A stretch of DNA of 64,000 nt. Source: Thermoplasmatales archaeon (lineage in GTDB: Archaea; Thermoplasmatota; Thermoplasmata; Thermoplasmatales; Thermoplasmataceae). The stretch covers positions 1 to 64,000 of the forward strand of contig DAIDBH010000010.1 of NCBI GenBank assembly GCA_027310185.1, in the 5' to 3' direction. The notes below the pieces were generated by a model, which worked only from the letters and a program-made list of their open reading frames with translations, ran no database searches and had not been told where the DNA came from. Positions 1 through 9,912 of this stretch are shown piece by piece (positions within the stretch are counted from its first letter, which is position 1; every line of letters begins with the position of its first letter). The position numbers and the translations under genes were made by a program.

Positions 1-193
1 CTGAGAGTTGTGATACCTCCATCGTCTGTTATCTTTGATGATCCTGATAGTTTCCATGTCATTGTGGATGGTAATGTGCTCATGATATCATTTGTTTCTG
101 ATGCTGGTGAGGATTGGGCCTGTATTCCTGAAAGAGAGAGAAGAATGCAAACACACTTATCAGGATCATTATTTTTGTGATCTTATTTGCCAT
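1..193 (-). pseudogene. 5' end of a probable secreted protein running off the window, apparently frameshifted in its signal peptide
   Basis: ATG at 193 gives MANKITKIMILISVFAFFSL then hits a stop. Another frame continues SGIQAQSSPASETNDIMSTLPSTMTWKLSG to the window edge. The shift falls at an (AG)4 tract at 133-140. Confidence 0.45.
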
Positions 194-252
194 GAAAATT
201 ATAATGGGTTATTGTATTTTAAGTTTATTTTAACATTTTTGTTGAATTAGGT

Positions 253-2130
253 TTAATTCCCTTCCCTCAACTTGCTTATGCTTTCTATTATCGAAGGGTC
301 TTCAAGACCACTTACGTCCCCTGGATCCTGCCCAAGGTATGCAGCCTTTAGCACCCTCCTCATTATCTTCCCGTTTTTGGTCTTTGGTAGTTCATTTATA
401 TTCAATATCTTCTCAGGACTGAATGACTTTCCCTGAGATTTCTCAACTTCCTTCTTGATATGTTCCCTAACGTCATGGTTGTCATTCCCCTTGTAGAAAA
501 TAACAATTGCCTCACCTTTCTTCTCGTGAGGTACTCCTATGGCTGCAGACTCAACGACGCCTGAAACCCTGTCAGCTGCATCTTCAATCTCTCCTGGACC
601 TATCCTCTTTCCCGAGGTTTTTATGATATCATCTGCCCTTCCATAAAGGAAGAAATACCCATCCCTGCTCTGCATTGCCCAGTCACCCTGTGACCAGAAA
701 CCTGGAAATTGGGACCAGTATGATGTCCTGTATCTTTCTTCATTGTTCCAAACGCCACGGGTCATTGATGGCAGGTGCTCCTTTGATACAAGGTAGCCTA
801 TCTGATCATAGATTTCCCTCCCAGAGCTATCAAAAACTGTTATTGCCATGCCAAGGCCCTTGAAGAGGCATTTTGGCTTAAGGGGAGTCACAGGAGTTGA
901 TGCAAGAAAACATCCTATGATGTCCGTTCCACCAGATACATTGCATATGGGGACCTTGCTTTCACCCCATACCCTGAATACATATTCCCATGATTCCCTG
1001 TCCCATGGTTCACCGGTAGAACCGAAAGCCTTCAGGTTTTTGAATGGCCTGTCAACACCGTTGAACTTCATTGTTCTTGCGAACGTTGGTGATATGCCAA
1101 GCACCGTTATTCCATGTTCTTCCACAAGATCCCATACTCTGTCATTTTTTGGATAATCCACTGCACCTGGATAGAGAAATAAAGTTCCTCCAAGAGCATT
1201 GGCACCCATAATTTCCCAAGGTCCCATCATCCAGCCAAGATCGGTGATCCAGAAAATCGTATCATCTTCCTTGAAATCGAGATAGTATTTCACTTCCTTA
1301 ACAATATTGATGAAAGATCCACCGTGTACATGAACTGTACCCTTTGGCTTGCCCGTTGTTCCAGAGGTGTAGAGCATGATTGCACCATCCTCTGAACCTG
1401 TTCTTTCACTTTCCGTGTATTCTCCACTTTCAAGAAGCGTGTTGAAGTCCAGTTCATCTTTGTTGTTACTATCCAGTGTTATGAGCTTGATTCCTTCTAT
1501 ATCTTTTATATTGGAAGTCATCTTTATTTCCCGTCCTTTCCTCGTGTAGCTCTCAACGCTGAAAATATATTTGATGCCACTATCATTTACTCTTGTTTCC
1601 ACAGCTTCCCTCCCATATCCAGAGAACATGGGCACAGCAATAGCACCTATTCTCATTATGGAATACATGGAGATAATTGCCTCTGGAACCATAGGCATGT
1701 ATATTCCTACCCTGTCTCCCTTCTCAATACCGAGATTTTTCATTGCACCTGATAATTTTCCTGTCAACATGTCAAGTTCTTCATAAGAAATGCTTCTGAA
1801 ACTACCATCCTCATAAACACATTTTATTGCCGCTTTTTTGCTCTTCTTATACCTTTCCACACAGTTGAAAGCTATATTTATCTCACCATCAACAAACCAT
1901 TTTGAAAATTCCTTCCCTCCTGAACTGTCCCTTACCTTTGTATATGGTCTTGAAAACCAGATGCCTGAGTGCCTGGCCACTGAATCGTAGAACTGTTCCA
2001 TATGGCTATCTGAAAATACATAGAGTTCATCAATGGTCTTCAGCCCGATGAAGTTTTTTAGGGCGTTAATATTGCTGTCATTGATTGTTTTCTGATCTGG
2101 AAAAAATACTGTTTCACTCTGTGTGTCCAT
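253..2130 (-). CDS. AMP-forming acyl-CoA synthetase (acetate-CoA ligase family)
   Basis: YTSGTTGKPKG AMP-binding motif, GRADD, LPKTKNGKIMRR. Confidence 0.9.
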   Translation of the reverse strand: MDTQSETVFFPDQKTINDSNINALKNFIGLKTIDELYVFSDSHMEQFYDSVARHSGIWFSRPYTKVRDSSGGKEFSKWFVDGEINIAFNCVERYKKSKKAAIKCVYEDGSFRSISYEELDMLTGKLSGAMKNLGIEKGDRVGIYMPMVPEAIISMYSIMRIGAIAVPMFSGYGREAVETRVNDSGIKYIFSVESYTRKGREIKMTSNIKDIEGIKLITLDSNNKDELDFNTLLESGEYTESERTGSEDGAIMLYTSGTTGKPKGTVHVHGGSFINIVKEVKYYLDFKEDDTIFWITDLGWMMGPWEIMGANALGGTLFLYPGAVDYPKNDRVWDLVEEHGITVLGISPTFARTMKFNGVDRPFKNLKAFGSTGEPWDRESWEYVFRVWGESKVPICNVSGGTDIIGCFLASTPVTPLKPKCLFKGLGMAITVFDSSGREIYDQIGYLVSKEHLPSMTRGVWNNEERYRTSYWSQFPGFWSQGDWAMQSRDGYFFLYGRADDIIKTSGKRIGPGEIEDAADRVSGVVESAAIGVPHEKKGEAIVIFYKGNDNHDVREHIKKEVEKSQGKSFSPEKILNINELPKTKNGKIMRRVLKAAYLGQDPGDVSGLEDPSIIESISKLREGN

Positions 2131-2314
2131 AATTCAATAGATAAAAATCCTTTATTTTAAACTATGCGGCTTTTAAAAATGCCATATGGAGATGAATGAA
2201 TGAAGACTGTTAGTTAGCATTTACAAACATTCCTGCAAAATGATTACCGCTTGGATGATGTGCTTTCATTGGTATGCAGAGAAAATTTCTATACGTATAA
2301 GGCATTAACACGGG

Positions 2315-2836
2315 TTGAATGGAAGTATTTATGAAAGGGAGCTGGTATCCATATTATCCGGGAGCCAGAAAGTTATTGGAAAGGTGTCTAAAAAGCTTGA
2401 TTTCCTGTCCAGGGAAGCTTATGAACATCTGATAAAATATCCCTTTTTCGTGACCAGGGCAGCCGGTTCCAAGGGGGCAGACCTTATTGCTGTCAGATTT
2501 GATATGTCCATGGTCATCGAGGTAAAGAGTTCCCAGAATCCAGTGCTTGCCTTTTCCTCCTCCTCTGGGAAGAACCAGGATCAGGCGGAGAGGCTTGCAA
2601 AGAAGTGCCTGAATTCTGGTATCTTCTTAATTTATGCCTTCAGGCTGAAAAATACAGATGGCGACCCATGGAGAATGTTCAAGGTTCCTGGAGAACCCAT
2701 GGGCAGATACAGGAACCTTTACAATATACTCCCTCAAATTGAGATAACCAGAAATGAAAATTTTGTAATGAAGTGGGAAGATGGCGCACCATTGAATAAT
2801 ATGTTAAAATATTTGATGGAAAGCAATTCAAAGTGA
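2315..2836 (+). CDS. hjc: Archaeal Holliday junction resolvase Hjc-like
   Basis: N-terminal G..YEREL, RAAGS.GADLIA and IEVKS PD-(D/E)XK motifs; TTG start. Confidence 0.8.
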   Translation: MNGSIYERELVSILSGSQKVIGKVSKKLDFLSREAYEHLIKYPFFVTRAAGSKGADLIAVRFDMSMVIEVKSSQNPVLAFSSSSGKNQDQAERLAKKCLNSGIFLIYAFRLKNTDGDPWRMFKVPGEPMGRYRNLYNILPQIEITRNENFVMKWEDGAPLNNMLKYLMESNSK

Positions 2837-4186
2837 TTGCTTTATTGCTTTCTCAAGACATTCCATTCCTTCATCTATCTGCTCATCGGTGATTATCAGG
2901 GGTGGAATCAGTCTTATTGCACTTTCTCCAGTTCCCAGAAGTATGATTCCATTCTGGAAGCCTTTATACTCCACATCGTTCCTCAGCTTCACTGCAGGTT
3001 CCTTTGTCCTCCTGTCCTTCACAAAGTCGATTGCCTGCATGAGACCGATACCTCTTACATCTCCTATGACATCATACCTTTCCTTGAGTTCTTCCAGTCT
3101 CTGCCTGAGATGCTTTCCTCTTTTTGCAGCATTTTCCACTGCACCCTCTTTCTTCATTGCCTCTATGGTTGCCCTGCTTGCAACTGATGCAAGGAGGTTT
3201 CCGCCGTATGTGTTGGAGTGAAGTCCGAGTTCAGGGAAGTCAAGTTTTGAATCCACCACGACTGCACCCATTGGAAGTCCATTAGCTATTGCCTTGGCAA
3301 GTGTAATAATCTGTGGTTCAACACCGAAATGTTCTGATGCAAAGAATTTTCCTGTTCTCCCAAAGCCTGCCTGAACTTCATCCATTACTACAAGCATGTT
3401 GTTTTCGTCTGCCAGTTTCCTGAGCTTCTTGTGGAAGTCCATGGGTGGAACTATATACCCGCCTTCTCCCTGTATAGGTTCAACTACAAATGCAGCAACA
3501 TTCTCTGGAGGCATGTACATTTTCAGTGTGTATTTTTCTATGAAATCAAGTGCAGCATTTGTAAGCTCCTGAGGATGTTCATAGCCATCTATTCCGAAAA
3601 TGTTCCTGTATGGGTTAGGGAATGGAACATGTTCCACTCCTGGCATTGATGGGAAAAGGTACTTTTTCTGTATTCCCTTTGAAGCTGTCAGGGAAAGTGA
3701 TCCCTGTGATCTTCCATGGAACGCTCCTATGAATGAGATAAATTCCTGCTTCCTCGTTGCGACCTTGGCAAACTTGATTGCGGCCTCAACGCTTTCTGTT
3801 CCACTGTTAGTGAAGAAGACCTTCTTCTTGAACTTCCCGGGCGTTACACCTGATATTGCTTTTGCTGCATCTACCTGTTCCTGATAATAAAAGTCGGTAC
3901 CAGCAAAATGCCAGAGCTTGAAAAGCTGCTCCTGGACCTTTTCAGTAATATAGGGATGAATATGCCCCATATTGTTGACTCCAATACCTGCTGCGAAGTC
4001 AATATACACATTTTCATCAACATCCTGTATATAAACTCCTTTTCCTCTCTTAGCCACTATTGGAAGTGACTTGGAACTTGTAGCAAGATATTCAGTGTCT
4101 TCCTCCACTATTTTCTTACCTTTTGGTCCGGGTGGCACTACCTTTATGTTTACTTTCATCTCGAAATCGTTTTCATTTGCCTGCAT
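2828..4186 (-). CDS. Class III PLP aminotransferase (acetylornithine/4-aminobutyrate family)
   Basis: NSGTESVE, FHGRS, EPIQGEGG, DEVQAGFGRTG, TLAKA. Start moved to ATG 4186 because an AGGTGA SD precedes it. Confidence 0.9.
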   Translation of the reverse strand: MQANENDFEMKVNIKVVPPGPKGKKIVEEDTEYLATSSKSLPIVAKRGKGVYIQDVDENVYIDFAAGIGVNNMGHIHPYITEKVQEQLFKLWHFAGTDFYYQEQVDAAKAISGVTPGKFKKKVFFTNSGTESVEAAIKFAKVATRKQEFISFIGAFHGRSQGSLSLTASKGIQKKYLFPSMPGVEHVPFPNPYRNIFGIDGYEHPQELTNAALDFIEKYTLKMYMPPENVAAFVVEPIQGEGGYIVPPMDFHKKLRKLADENNMLVVMDEVQAGFGRTGKFFASEHFGVEPQIITLAKAIANGLPMGAVVVDSKLDFPELGLHSNTYGGNLLASVASRATIEAMKKEGAVENAAKRGKHLRQRLEELKERYDVIGDVRGIGLMQAIDFVKDRRTKEPAVKLRNDVEYKGFQNGIILLGTGESAIRLIPPLIITDEQIDEGMECLEKAIKQSL

Positions 4187-4432
4187 AAATTCACCTGTAT
4201 TAAGATGACAATTGAAAATATATAGCTTATTGAATGAAAAACGAAACAATACTACGAATTTCGTAACAAATATCTGGGTCGATTCACGAATGATGAAACT
4301 TCTGCCTCATTGAATTGTCCTGTATCGCAAGATGTATTTCCTGATGTGTGAACTGCTTAAAATGTAAGGAAATCCTTATTTGATTTAACATGCAATATAA
4401 AATTATTAATATTCTTGTACAATTCTACCTGA

Positions 4433-5422
4433 ATGACTGGGGAAGAAGAGAAACTAGTTTCAGAATTCTACAGAGATGAGATTACCGATAGGGAGTTCTA
4501 CAGGAAACTTGCCAAAAGATCCCGAAATAAAGTTTTGAAGGAGAAACTTGATTATCTTGCTGAAATGGAGGAATCACATTCTGAGTTCTGGATGGACAGG
4601 CTCAGGAAGATAACTTCCGTGAAAAAAGAGATCAAGCCCAGGAATGTAAAGATTTTCTTTCTCCTCTTCCTAACAAGAATATTAGGCAATAATCTGACCG
4701 TCAATCTTCTGGAAAGGGGAGAAGTAGAAAGCATCAGAAAATACAGAGACTTCCTGAAGACGATGAAAGATGTTGAAGAGGGAAATGCATTAAAGTCGAT
4801 TATAAATGATGAGATTGGCCATGAAAATGTCTTTGAACAGATGGGAATTAACAGGGAAGCCTATCTGGACAGGATCCAGGCTTTCATCTATGGGATGAGC
4901 GATGGACTTGTAGAAGTTCTGGCGGCCATAGCTGGGTTGACTGCAATTATAAGCAACAATTTCATAATCGCAATGAGTGGACTGGTTATAGGCGTTGGTG
5001 GAACCATAAGCATGACACTTGGTGCATATCTTTCAAAATCATCTGAGATTGAGTACCGGATAAGGAATATAAAAAGGGAGAGCCTCATAACAAACACAAG
5101 CACTCACAAAATGAATAAAGAAATTGAAAATGAGGAGAACCGTACGAAGGTTTCAGCAGGAACAACCGGCCTTTCCTATATTGCGGGGGCCGCATTCCCA
5201 ATTATCCCTTTCCTGTTTCCCCTGGGTATTCTTTCACTGATCATAGCCGTTATACTCGTGGCAGCCGTCCAGGCCATCAGCAATTCAATTATAGCAATAG
5301 CACTGAACATTTCCATATTGAAATCATCAAGCAGGGCAGCTATTTTATCACTTCTCGCTGCGGCAATCACTTACACAATCGGATTTGTATTCCACACATA
5401 TTTCCATATATACATAGGTTAG
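4433..5422 (+). CDS. Rubrerythrin/ferritin-like domain fused to VIT1/CCC1 transporter (MbfA-like iron exporter)
   Basis: ExxH pairs (EESH, EIGH) in the N-terminal domain; YGMSDGL VIT1 motif; C-terminal TM helices. Confidence 0.85.
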   Translation: MTGEEEKLVSEFYRDEITDREFYRKLAKRSRNKVLKEKLDYLAEMEESHSEFWMDRLRKITSVKKEIKPRNVKIFFLLFLTRILGNNLTVNLLERGEVESIRKYRDFLKTMKDVEEGNALKSIINDEIGHENVFEQMGINREAYLDRIQAFIYGMSDGLVEVLAAIAGLTAIISNNFIIAMSGLVIGVGGTISMTLGAYLSKSSEIEYRIRNIKRESLITNTSTHKMNKEIENEENRTKVSAGTTGLSYIAGAAFPIIPFLFPLGILSLIIAVILVAAVQAISNSIIAIALNISILKSSSRAAILSLLAAAITYTIGFVFHTYFHIYIG

Positions 5423-5525
5423 GTGAATCACCGGAATACATTATCCTGGTTTATGAGTTGAACCATCTATATCCCAAGTCCATTGGCTTTCATGACATAA
5501 TCATTGCAAGTCAATCAGGTCTGTT

Positions 5526-6029
5526 TTAGAATCTCTTGCTTCTCCTTACAGTTTCCCTCTTCTGTACATTGAAGAAATATAGGATGAATACTATCCCAAG
5601 GACAAGAATTGTAATACCAAAATATAAACCTGCCTCAAGGTAATATGAAATCTGCCCAAGGTGTATTTTCATGGCTGAACTGTTTTTTTCCAGATTTTCC
5701 ACGTGAAAGACCCATTGCCCGGATACAGGTGCCACTATGGATTTAGAAATGCCTGAACCGGTAAAATTTGATTCCACAACCGTAATCCCTGATGGCTCAG
5801 TGAACCATGCCCTGTAGTTTCCTGAAGAATTTGCAGTTATTGTGTACGTGAGAAGAAGTCCGGATGTTACGTTTATATCCATAGATTTCTCAGAATCCCC
5901 CGCAATTACAGTATTTTTTGTAGCTGAGGATGATGTATAAAATCCGAAGGCGGAATAACCTAATATTAAAATGGATGCAACTACCAGTATCATTCCTATT
6001 TTTACTGCTCTTTCAGGTGTGAGATACAT
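5526..6029 (-). CDS. Hypothetical membrane protein (two TM helices flanking a beta-rich external domain)
   Basis: Hydrophobic N- and C-terminal segments, Ser/Thr/Asn-rich middle. Confidence 0.7.
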   Translation of the reverse strand: MYLTPERAVKIGMILVVASILILGYSAFGFYTSSSATKNTVIAGDSEKSMDINVTSGLLLTYTITANSSGNYRAWFTEPSGITVVESNFTGSGISKSIVAPVSGQWVFHVENLEKNSSAMKIHLGQISYYLEAGLYFGITILVLGIVFILYFFNVQKRETVRRSKRF

Positions 6030-6086
6030 TTCAAGCCTTTCCTATCATGTTATCCAATGTATTTTAATTTACGCAGGTGTATGAAG

Positions 6087-8432
6087 CTAATCAAGCATTG
6101 CCTCAATATTGATCTCCTTATCTTTCCTGAACACCAGGTTTTCCTCCCTCAGTGTTTCCCTGATGACCCTTTTTTCAAAGTCATCCATTTCAACCGGTGA
6201 TGAGATTATAAACCCATTATATGCCTTTCTTCCAGATTTCAGCTTGCTTCTTTCGGTTCTGATCCCTGAGATAATGGATATTACATTGCTGAATGTTTCT
6301 GCGTCCTTTTCATAATCTGCCAGAGGTGCAGGCCACTCCTGTTCATGTATTGAGCCTTCCATCCCTAGCATTTCATATCCTTTTTCAGTGATAAAAGGCG
6401 CAATTGGAGCGTAAAGTTTCATCACATCCATTGCTACTTCTCTTGCAACATATGCAATTTCATCTCTTTCTTCATCTGATCCTCTTGAAACAAAGGATTT
6501 TATTATCTCGAGATAGTTATCGCAGAACATTGTCCAGAAGAAGTTGTCAATCTCTGTCCTCGCCCTGGCAAAGTCATTGACTGAATAGTGTTCTTCTGCC
6601 CTCTTCATGGTTCTGTTCATCTCCTGTGCTATCCACCTGTTGAATGGTAATTTAATTTCTTTCTTTCCCTTGCTTACCAGCCCACTGACAAGATTTACGG
6701 CATTGTATATCTTTATTATTGTTCTCCTTCCCCTCGTCAATTCCTGTTCCTTGAGTGATATGTCGTCCCATGTGGATGAGGATGTACCCCAAAGCCGGAC
6801 ACCATCAGCCCCATACTTTTCCACAAGTTCCATTGGATAGATCACGTTTCCCTTGCTTTTGCTCATTTTTTGCCCCTTGGAATCAAAAACGTTGCCGCTT
6901 ATTATGATATTATCCCATGGTATTTTCTGGAAATGAATCATGTACCTGTAAATCGTTGTGAATGCCCAGGTAGTTATTATGTCGTGTCCCTGGAATCTTG
7001 CACTCATTGGAACTCCGTTCTTTTCTATGGGGGTATCCTTCATGGAAATTGTGGGTGATGTTGATGATGTGAACCATGTATCAAGTACATCTGTTTCTGG
7101 TGTTACATCATCAGAGGAACATTTAGGGCACTTTCTCTTCCCATCGAACCTTGGGTCCACCGGTAGCTCACTCCTGTCTGGAAGAATGACTTCACCGCAA
7201 TTGTTGCAGTACCAGACGGGAATTGATATCCCCATTATTCTCTGCCTGGATATGCACCAGTCCCACTTCAGCCCATTTACCCAGTTCTCGTACCTTATTC
7301 TCATGAAGTCAGGTGTCCATTTTATCTTTCTTCCCTGTAGTACCAGATCCTCCTTCATGTCAAGATATCGTAGATACCACTGTTTGCTCACGCCGATCTC
7401 TATGGGTGTGCCGCATCTCTCATGGGTATTGACAGAGTGTTTTATTTTCTCAATGGATTTCAGGTCTCCTGATTCTTTCAGAAGGTTCTTTACCTTCTTT
7501 CTTCCCTCTTCCACCTTGAGGCCTTCAAGGAGGCTTCCATCTCTTATGAATCCCCTTTCATCAAGTAATCTTACAAGTTTGAGTGAGTGTTCCTTCCATA
7601 TTTCGTAATCTGTCTGATCTCCAAAGGTGCATACCATTTCAGCACCCGTTCCCTTATCCATCAGAACCCTCTGATCTGTTATAATTTCAACTTCATGGCC
7701 GTACAGAGGTACCCTGAATTTCTTTCCAGAATATTTTTTTGCCCTCTCGTCCCCAGGATTCATGGCAATGGCTACACACGCTGCAAGCATTTCAGGCCTG
7801 GTTGTTGCTATCTGAACGACCGTTCCATCATCCGACCTGAAATCGAGATAAACAAAATCTGTTTCCCTTTCACTATCTTCCATTTCAATCTGTGAAATTG
7901 CAGTTCTGCATGTTGGGCAGCTTATGGTCATTCCCTCGTTCCTGTATGCTATGCCTTTTTTGAACAGGTCAAGAAAGAAGCCCTGTGAAATTTTCCATGA
8001 ATCCTTTGAATAAGTAATGTAGGAATTATTGAAATTCTGTGAGAGACCAAGCCTGATGAACGATTTCTTCATTTCGCCTATTGCCTCACCAGAGATAGTT
8101 TCACACTTTTCAATTGCCTCCTTTACAGGGAGATTATTAAGGCTCAGTTTCAGAGTTTTTTCAACAAATCTTTCCGTTGCCAATCCATTATTATCAAAAC
8201 CGGATGGGTAAAACACATAATACCCCATCATTCTTCGAAATCTTGCAGCTATATCCTGATGCGGGTAAGAATATGCATGGCCTATATGTATTTCTCCTGA
8301 AACTGTTGGTGGAGGCGTGTCTATTGAGTATATTCTTCCGGACTTGATAGCATCCTCATTCAATTTAGACAGATCATATTTTTCCCATTTTTTCAGTATC
8401 TCTTTTTCCATTTCTGGAATGTCGAAGTCCAT
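6087..8432 (-). CDS. valS: Valyl-tRNA synthetase
   Basis: DTPPPTVSG.HIGH, DWCISRQR, KMSKS. Confidence 0.95.
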   Translation of the reverse strand: MDFDIPEMEKEILKKWEKYDLSKLNEDAIKSGRIYSIDTPPPTVSGEIHIGHAYSYPHQDIAARFRRMMGYYVFYPSGFDNNGLATERFVEKTLKLSLNNLPVKEAIEKCETISGEAIGEMKKSFIRLGLSQNFNNSYITYSKDSWKISQGFFLDLFKKGIAYRNEGMTISCPTCRTAISQIEMEDSERETDFVYLDFRSDDGTVVQIATTRPEMLAACVAIAMNPGDERAKKYSGKKFRVPLYGHEVEIITDQRVLMDKGTGAEMVCTFGDQTDYEIWKEHSLKLVRLLDERGFIRDGSLLEGLKVEEGRKKVKNLLKESGDLKSIEKIKHSVNTHERCGTPIEIGVSKQWYLRYLDMKEDLVLQGRKIKWTPDFMRIRYENWVNGLKWDWCISRQRIMGISIPVWYCNNCGEVILPDRSELPVDPRFDGKRKCPKCSSDDVTPETDVLDTWFTSSTSPTISMKDTPIEKNGVPMSARFQGHDIITTWAFTTIYRYMIHFQKIPWDNIIISGNVFDSKGQKMSKSKGNVIYPMELVEKYGADGVRLWGTSSSTWDDISLKEQELTRGRRTIIKIYNAVNLVSGLVSKGKKEIKLPFNRWIAQEMNRTMKRAEEHYSVNDFARARTEIDNFFWTMFCDNYLEIIKSFVSRGSDEERDEIAYVAREVAMDVMKLYAPIAPFITEKGYEMLGMEGSIHEQEWPAPLADYEKDAETFSNVISIISGIRTERSKLKSGRKAYNGFIISSPVEMDDFEKRVIRETLREENLVFRKDKEINIEAMLD

Positions 8433-8477
8433 TGGGTTGTTATCTCAAAAGTTTTTAAAACACTTTCCATATTAGGT

Positions 8478-8909
8478 ATGGGAGTGAATATGAATAGGGA
8501 AGATGAGTTAATTAATGAAATTTCAAACAGTAATTTAAAAATTCAGGAGCAGCTTAAGGATATCAGGGATGAAACTTTTCACAATAATATTTCAATGATA
8601 GTGGATTATTTTATAGCAAATTTGAAGAGCATGAATGATGCACTTAAAAGGAAGGAATCACTTGTGAAACTTGAAAGGGGGCCTGATATCAGGATATACA
8701 ACCACAGGAAGGTGGAAGAACCAGATCCAGAGAGTATCCAGAGCGTTCTTCTCTTCATCTCAAGCACCCTTGGAAGGGAGCACGACATTGTTCTTGGAAC
8801 TATCAGGAAATATGAGGAGGGAAAGGATTATCTTGAAAATTATGCAAGCAACATTGAAAGACTCAGAATAAGGAGCGAGAACCTCTATCACGACCTGGTG
8901 GAAAGATAA
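8478..8909 (+). CDS. Hypothetical helical protein, possibly degenerate ferritin-like
   Basis: 143-aa ORF with genome-like composition; stop overlaps the dtdA start (TAATG). Confidence 0.65.
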   Translation: MGVNMNREDELINEISNSNLKIQEQLKDIRDETFHNNISMIVDYFIANLKSMNDALKRKESLVKLERGPDIRIYNHRKVEEPDPESIQSVLLFISSTLGREHDIVLGTIRKYEEGKDYLENYASNIERLRIRSENLYHDLVER

Positions 8910-9664
8910 TGGAATACGATCCTGTCTTTATTGCAACAAAGAGTGACGAGGCCAGCTTGAGTATTTACAACTATTTCATTTCCAACGGTCCCGATCTGGG
9001 AAAATATATACTTACTGAGGGGAGACTGCCAATGCTGGAATTCCCTGAGAAACTGATAAATAATGAGGATAAGGTTATTATTTTTCTAAGCAGGCATTCA
9101 TCGAAGGCAAAGGTGAATTCCATTACGGTACACCCAGTGGGGAACTTCTCAACAAATGATATTGGTGGCAGGGAAAGGAATATTGCAAGAAGTGCACCCG
9201 AAATACAGACTGCAATACTGAGAAAGATGAGTGAGGTATACAGTGGAGAAAAATATCAGGTGACCTTTGAGGCAACTCATCACGGTCCAGAGTCCGGTAA
9301 TAGACTTATATTTGCAGAGATAGGCACTGAACCGGAAAACTGGAAAGACAGTGAGGCATTGCGGACCCTGTTCCTGGGCGTGAGGGATGCTTCACCGAAA
9401 AATTACCCGAATTATGTTGGTGCTGGAGGAGGGCATTATGCGCCAAAGTTTTCCTCCTACGTGCTGAAGGAAAACGTCAATGTTGGCCATATTATTTCCA
9501 AGTTCAGGATGGATGAGATCGGAAAAGATGAAGTCCTGATGGCGGTTGAAAAAACAGAAAAATGCAAGGGATTCCTCGTTGATAAGAAAGGAATAAAGTC
9601 TGCGGGCATGGGCATGATAAGGGAAGTCGCAGATCAACTTGGCCTGGAAATCATAACAATATAA
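8909..9664 (+). CDS. dtdA: D-aminoacyl-tRNA deacylase (archaeal DTD2)
   Basis: SRHSS, TVHPVGN, EATHHGP, EIGT, GGGHYAP. Confidence 0.92.
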   Translation: MEYDPVFIATKSDEASLSIYNYFISNGPDLGKYILTEGRLPMLEFPEKLINNEDKVIIFLSRHSSKAKVNSITVHPVGNFSTNDIGGRERNIARSAPEIQTAILRKMSEVYSGEKYQVTFEATHHGPESGNRLIFAEIGTEPENWKDSEALRTLFLGVRDASPKNYPNYVGAGGGHYAPKFSSYVLKENVNVGHIISKFRMDEIGKDEVLMAVEKTEKCKGFLVDKKGIKSAGMGMIREVADQLGLEIITI

Positions 9665-9912
9665 ACTTCTTCAGTTTCCTGTATATAACGGAGAAAATGA
9701 GCGAAATTTCGACTCGAAGACTCCTTAATAATTTTTAAGAGAAATAAAAATTAATTATATAATATAATAATTTATATATTTATATGTATAGATATTTAAA
9801 ACTACCGGAAAACAGCAATTTTACCGCTTATAGATACGTTGAAATTTTAATAAGATATATTTAAATAGAATGTATTCATTATTACATGACCGAGTGGTCG
9901 GTGTATTAAATA

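Noticed and set aside
4187-4249. N-terminal extension of the aminotransferase in the ORF track
   Set aside because: Runs through the promoter; ATG 4186 has an AGGTGA SD
4283-4352. Possible second box C/D sRNA (ATGATGA at 4290, TTGA, CTGA at 4341, short TTCAC/GTGAA stem)
   Set aside because: No recognisable C' box and no rRNA or tRNA target I could identify; may be chance
6958-7608. 216-aa antisense ORF inside valS, and the many similar shadow ORFs
   Set aside because: Antisense to well-supported genes, Ser/Phe/Leu-rich composition typical of shadows, no motifs
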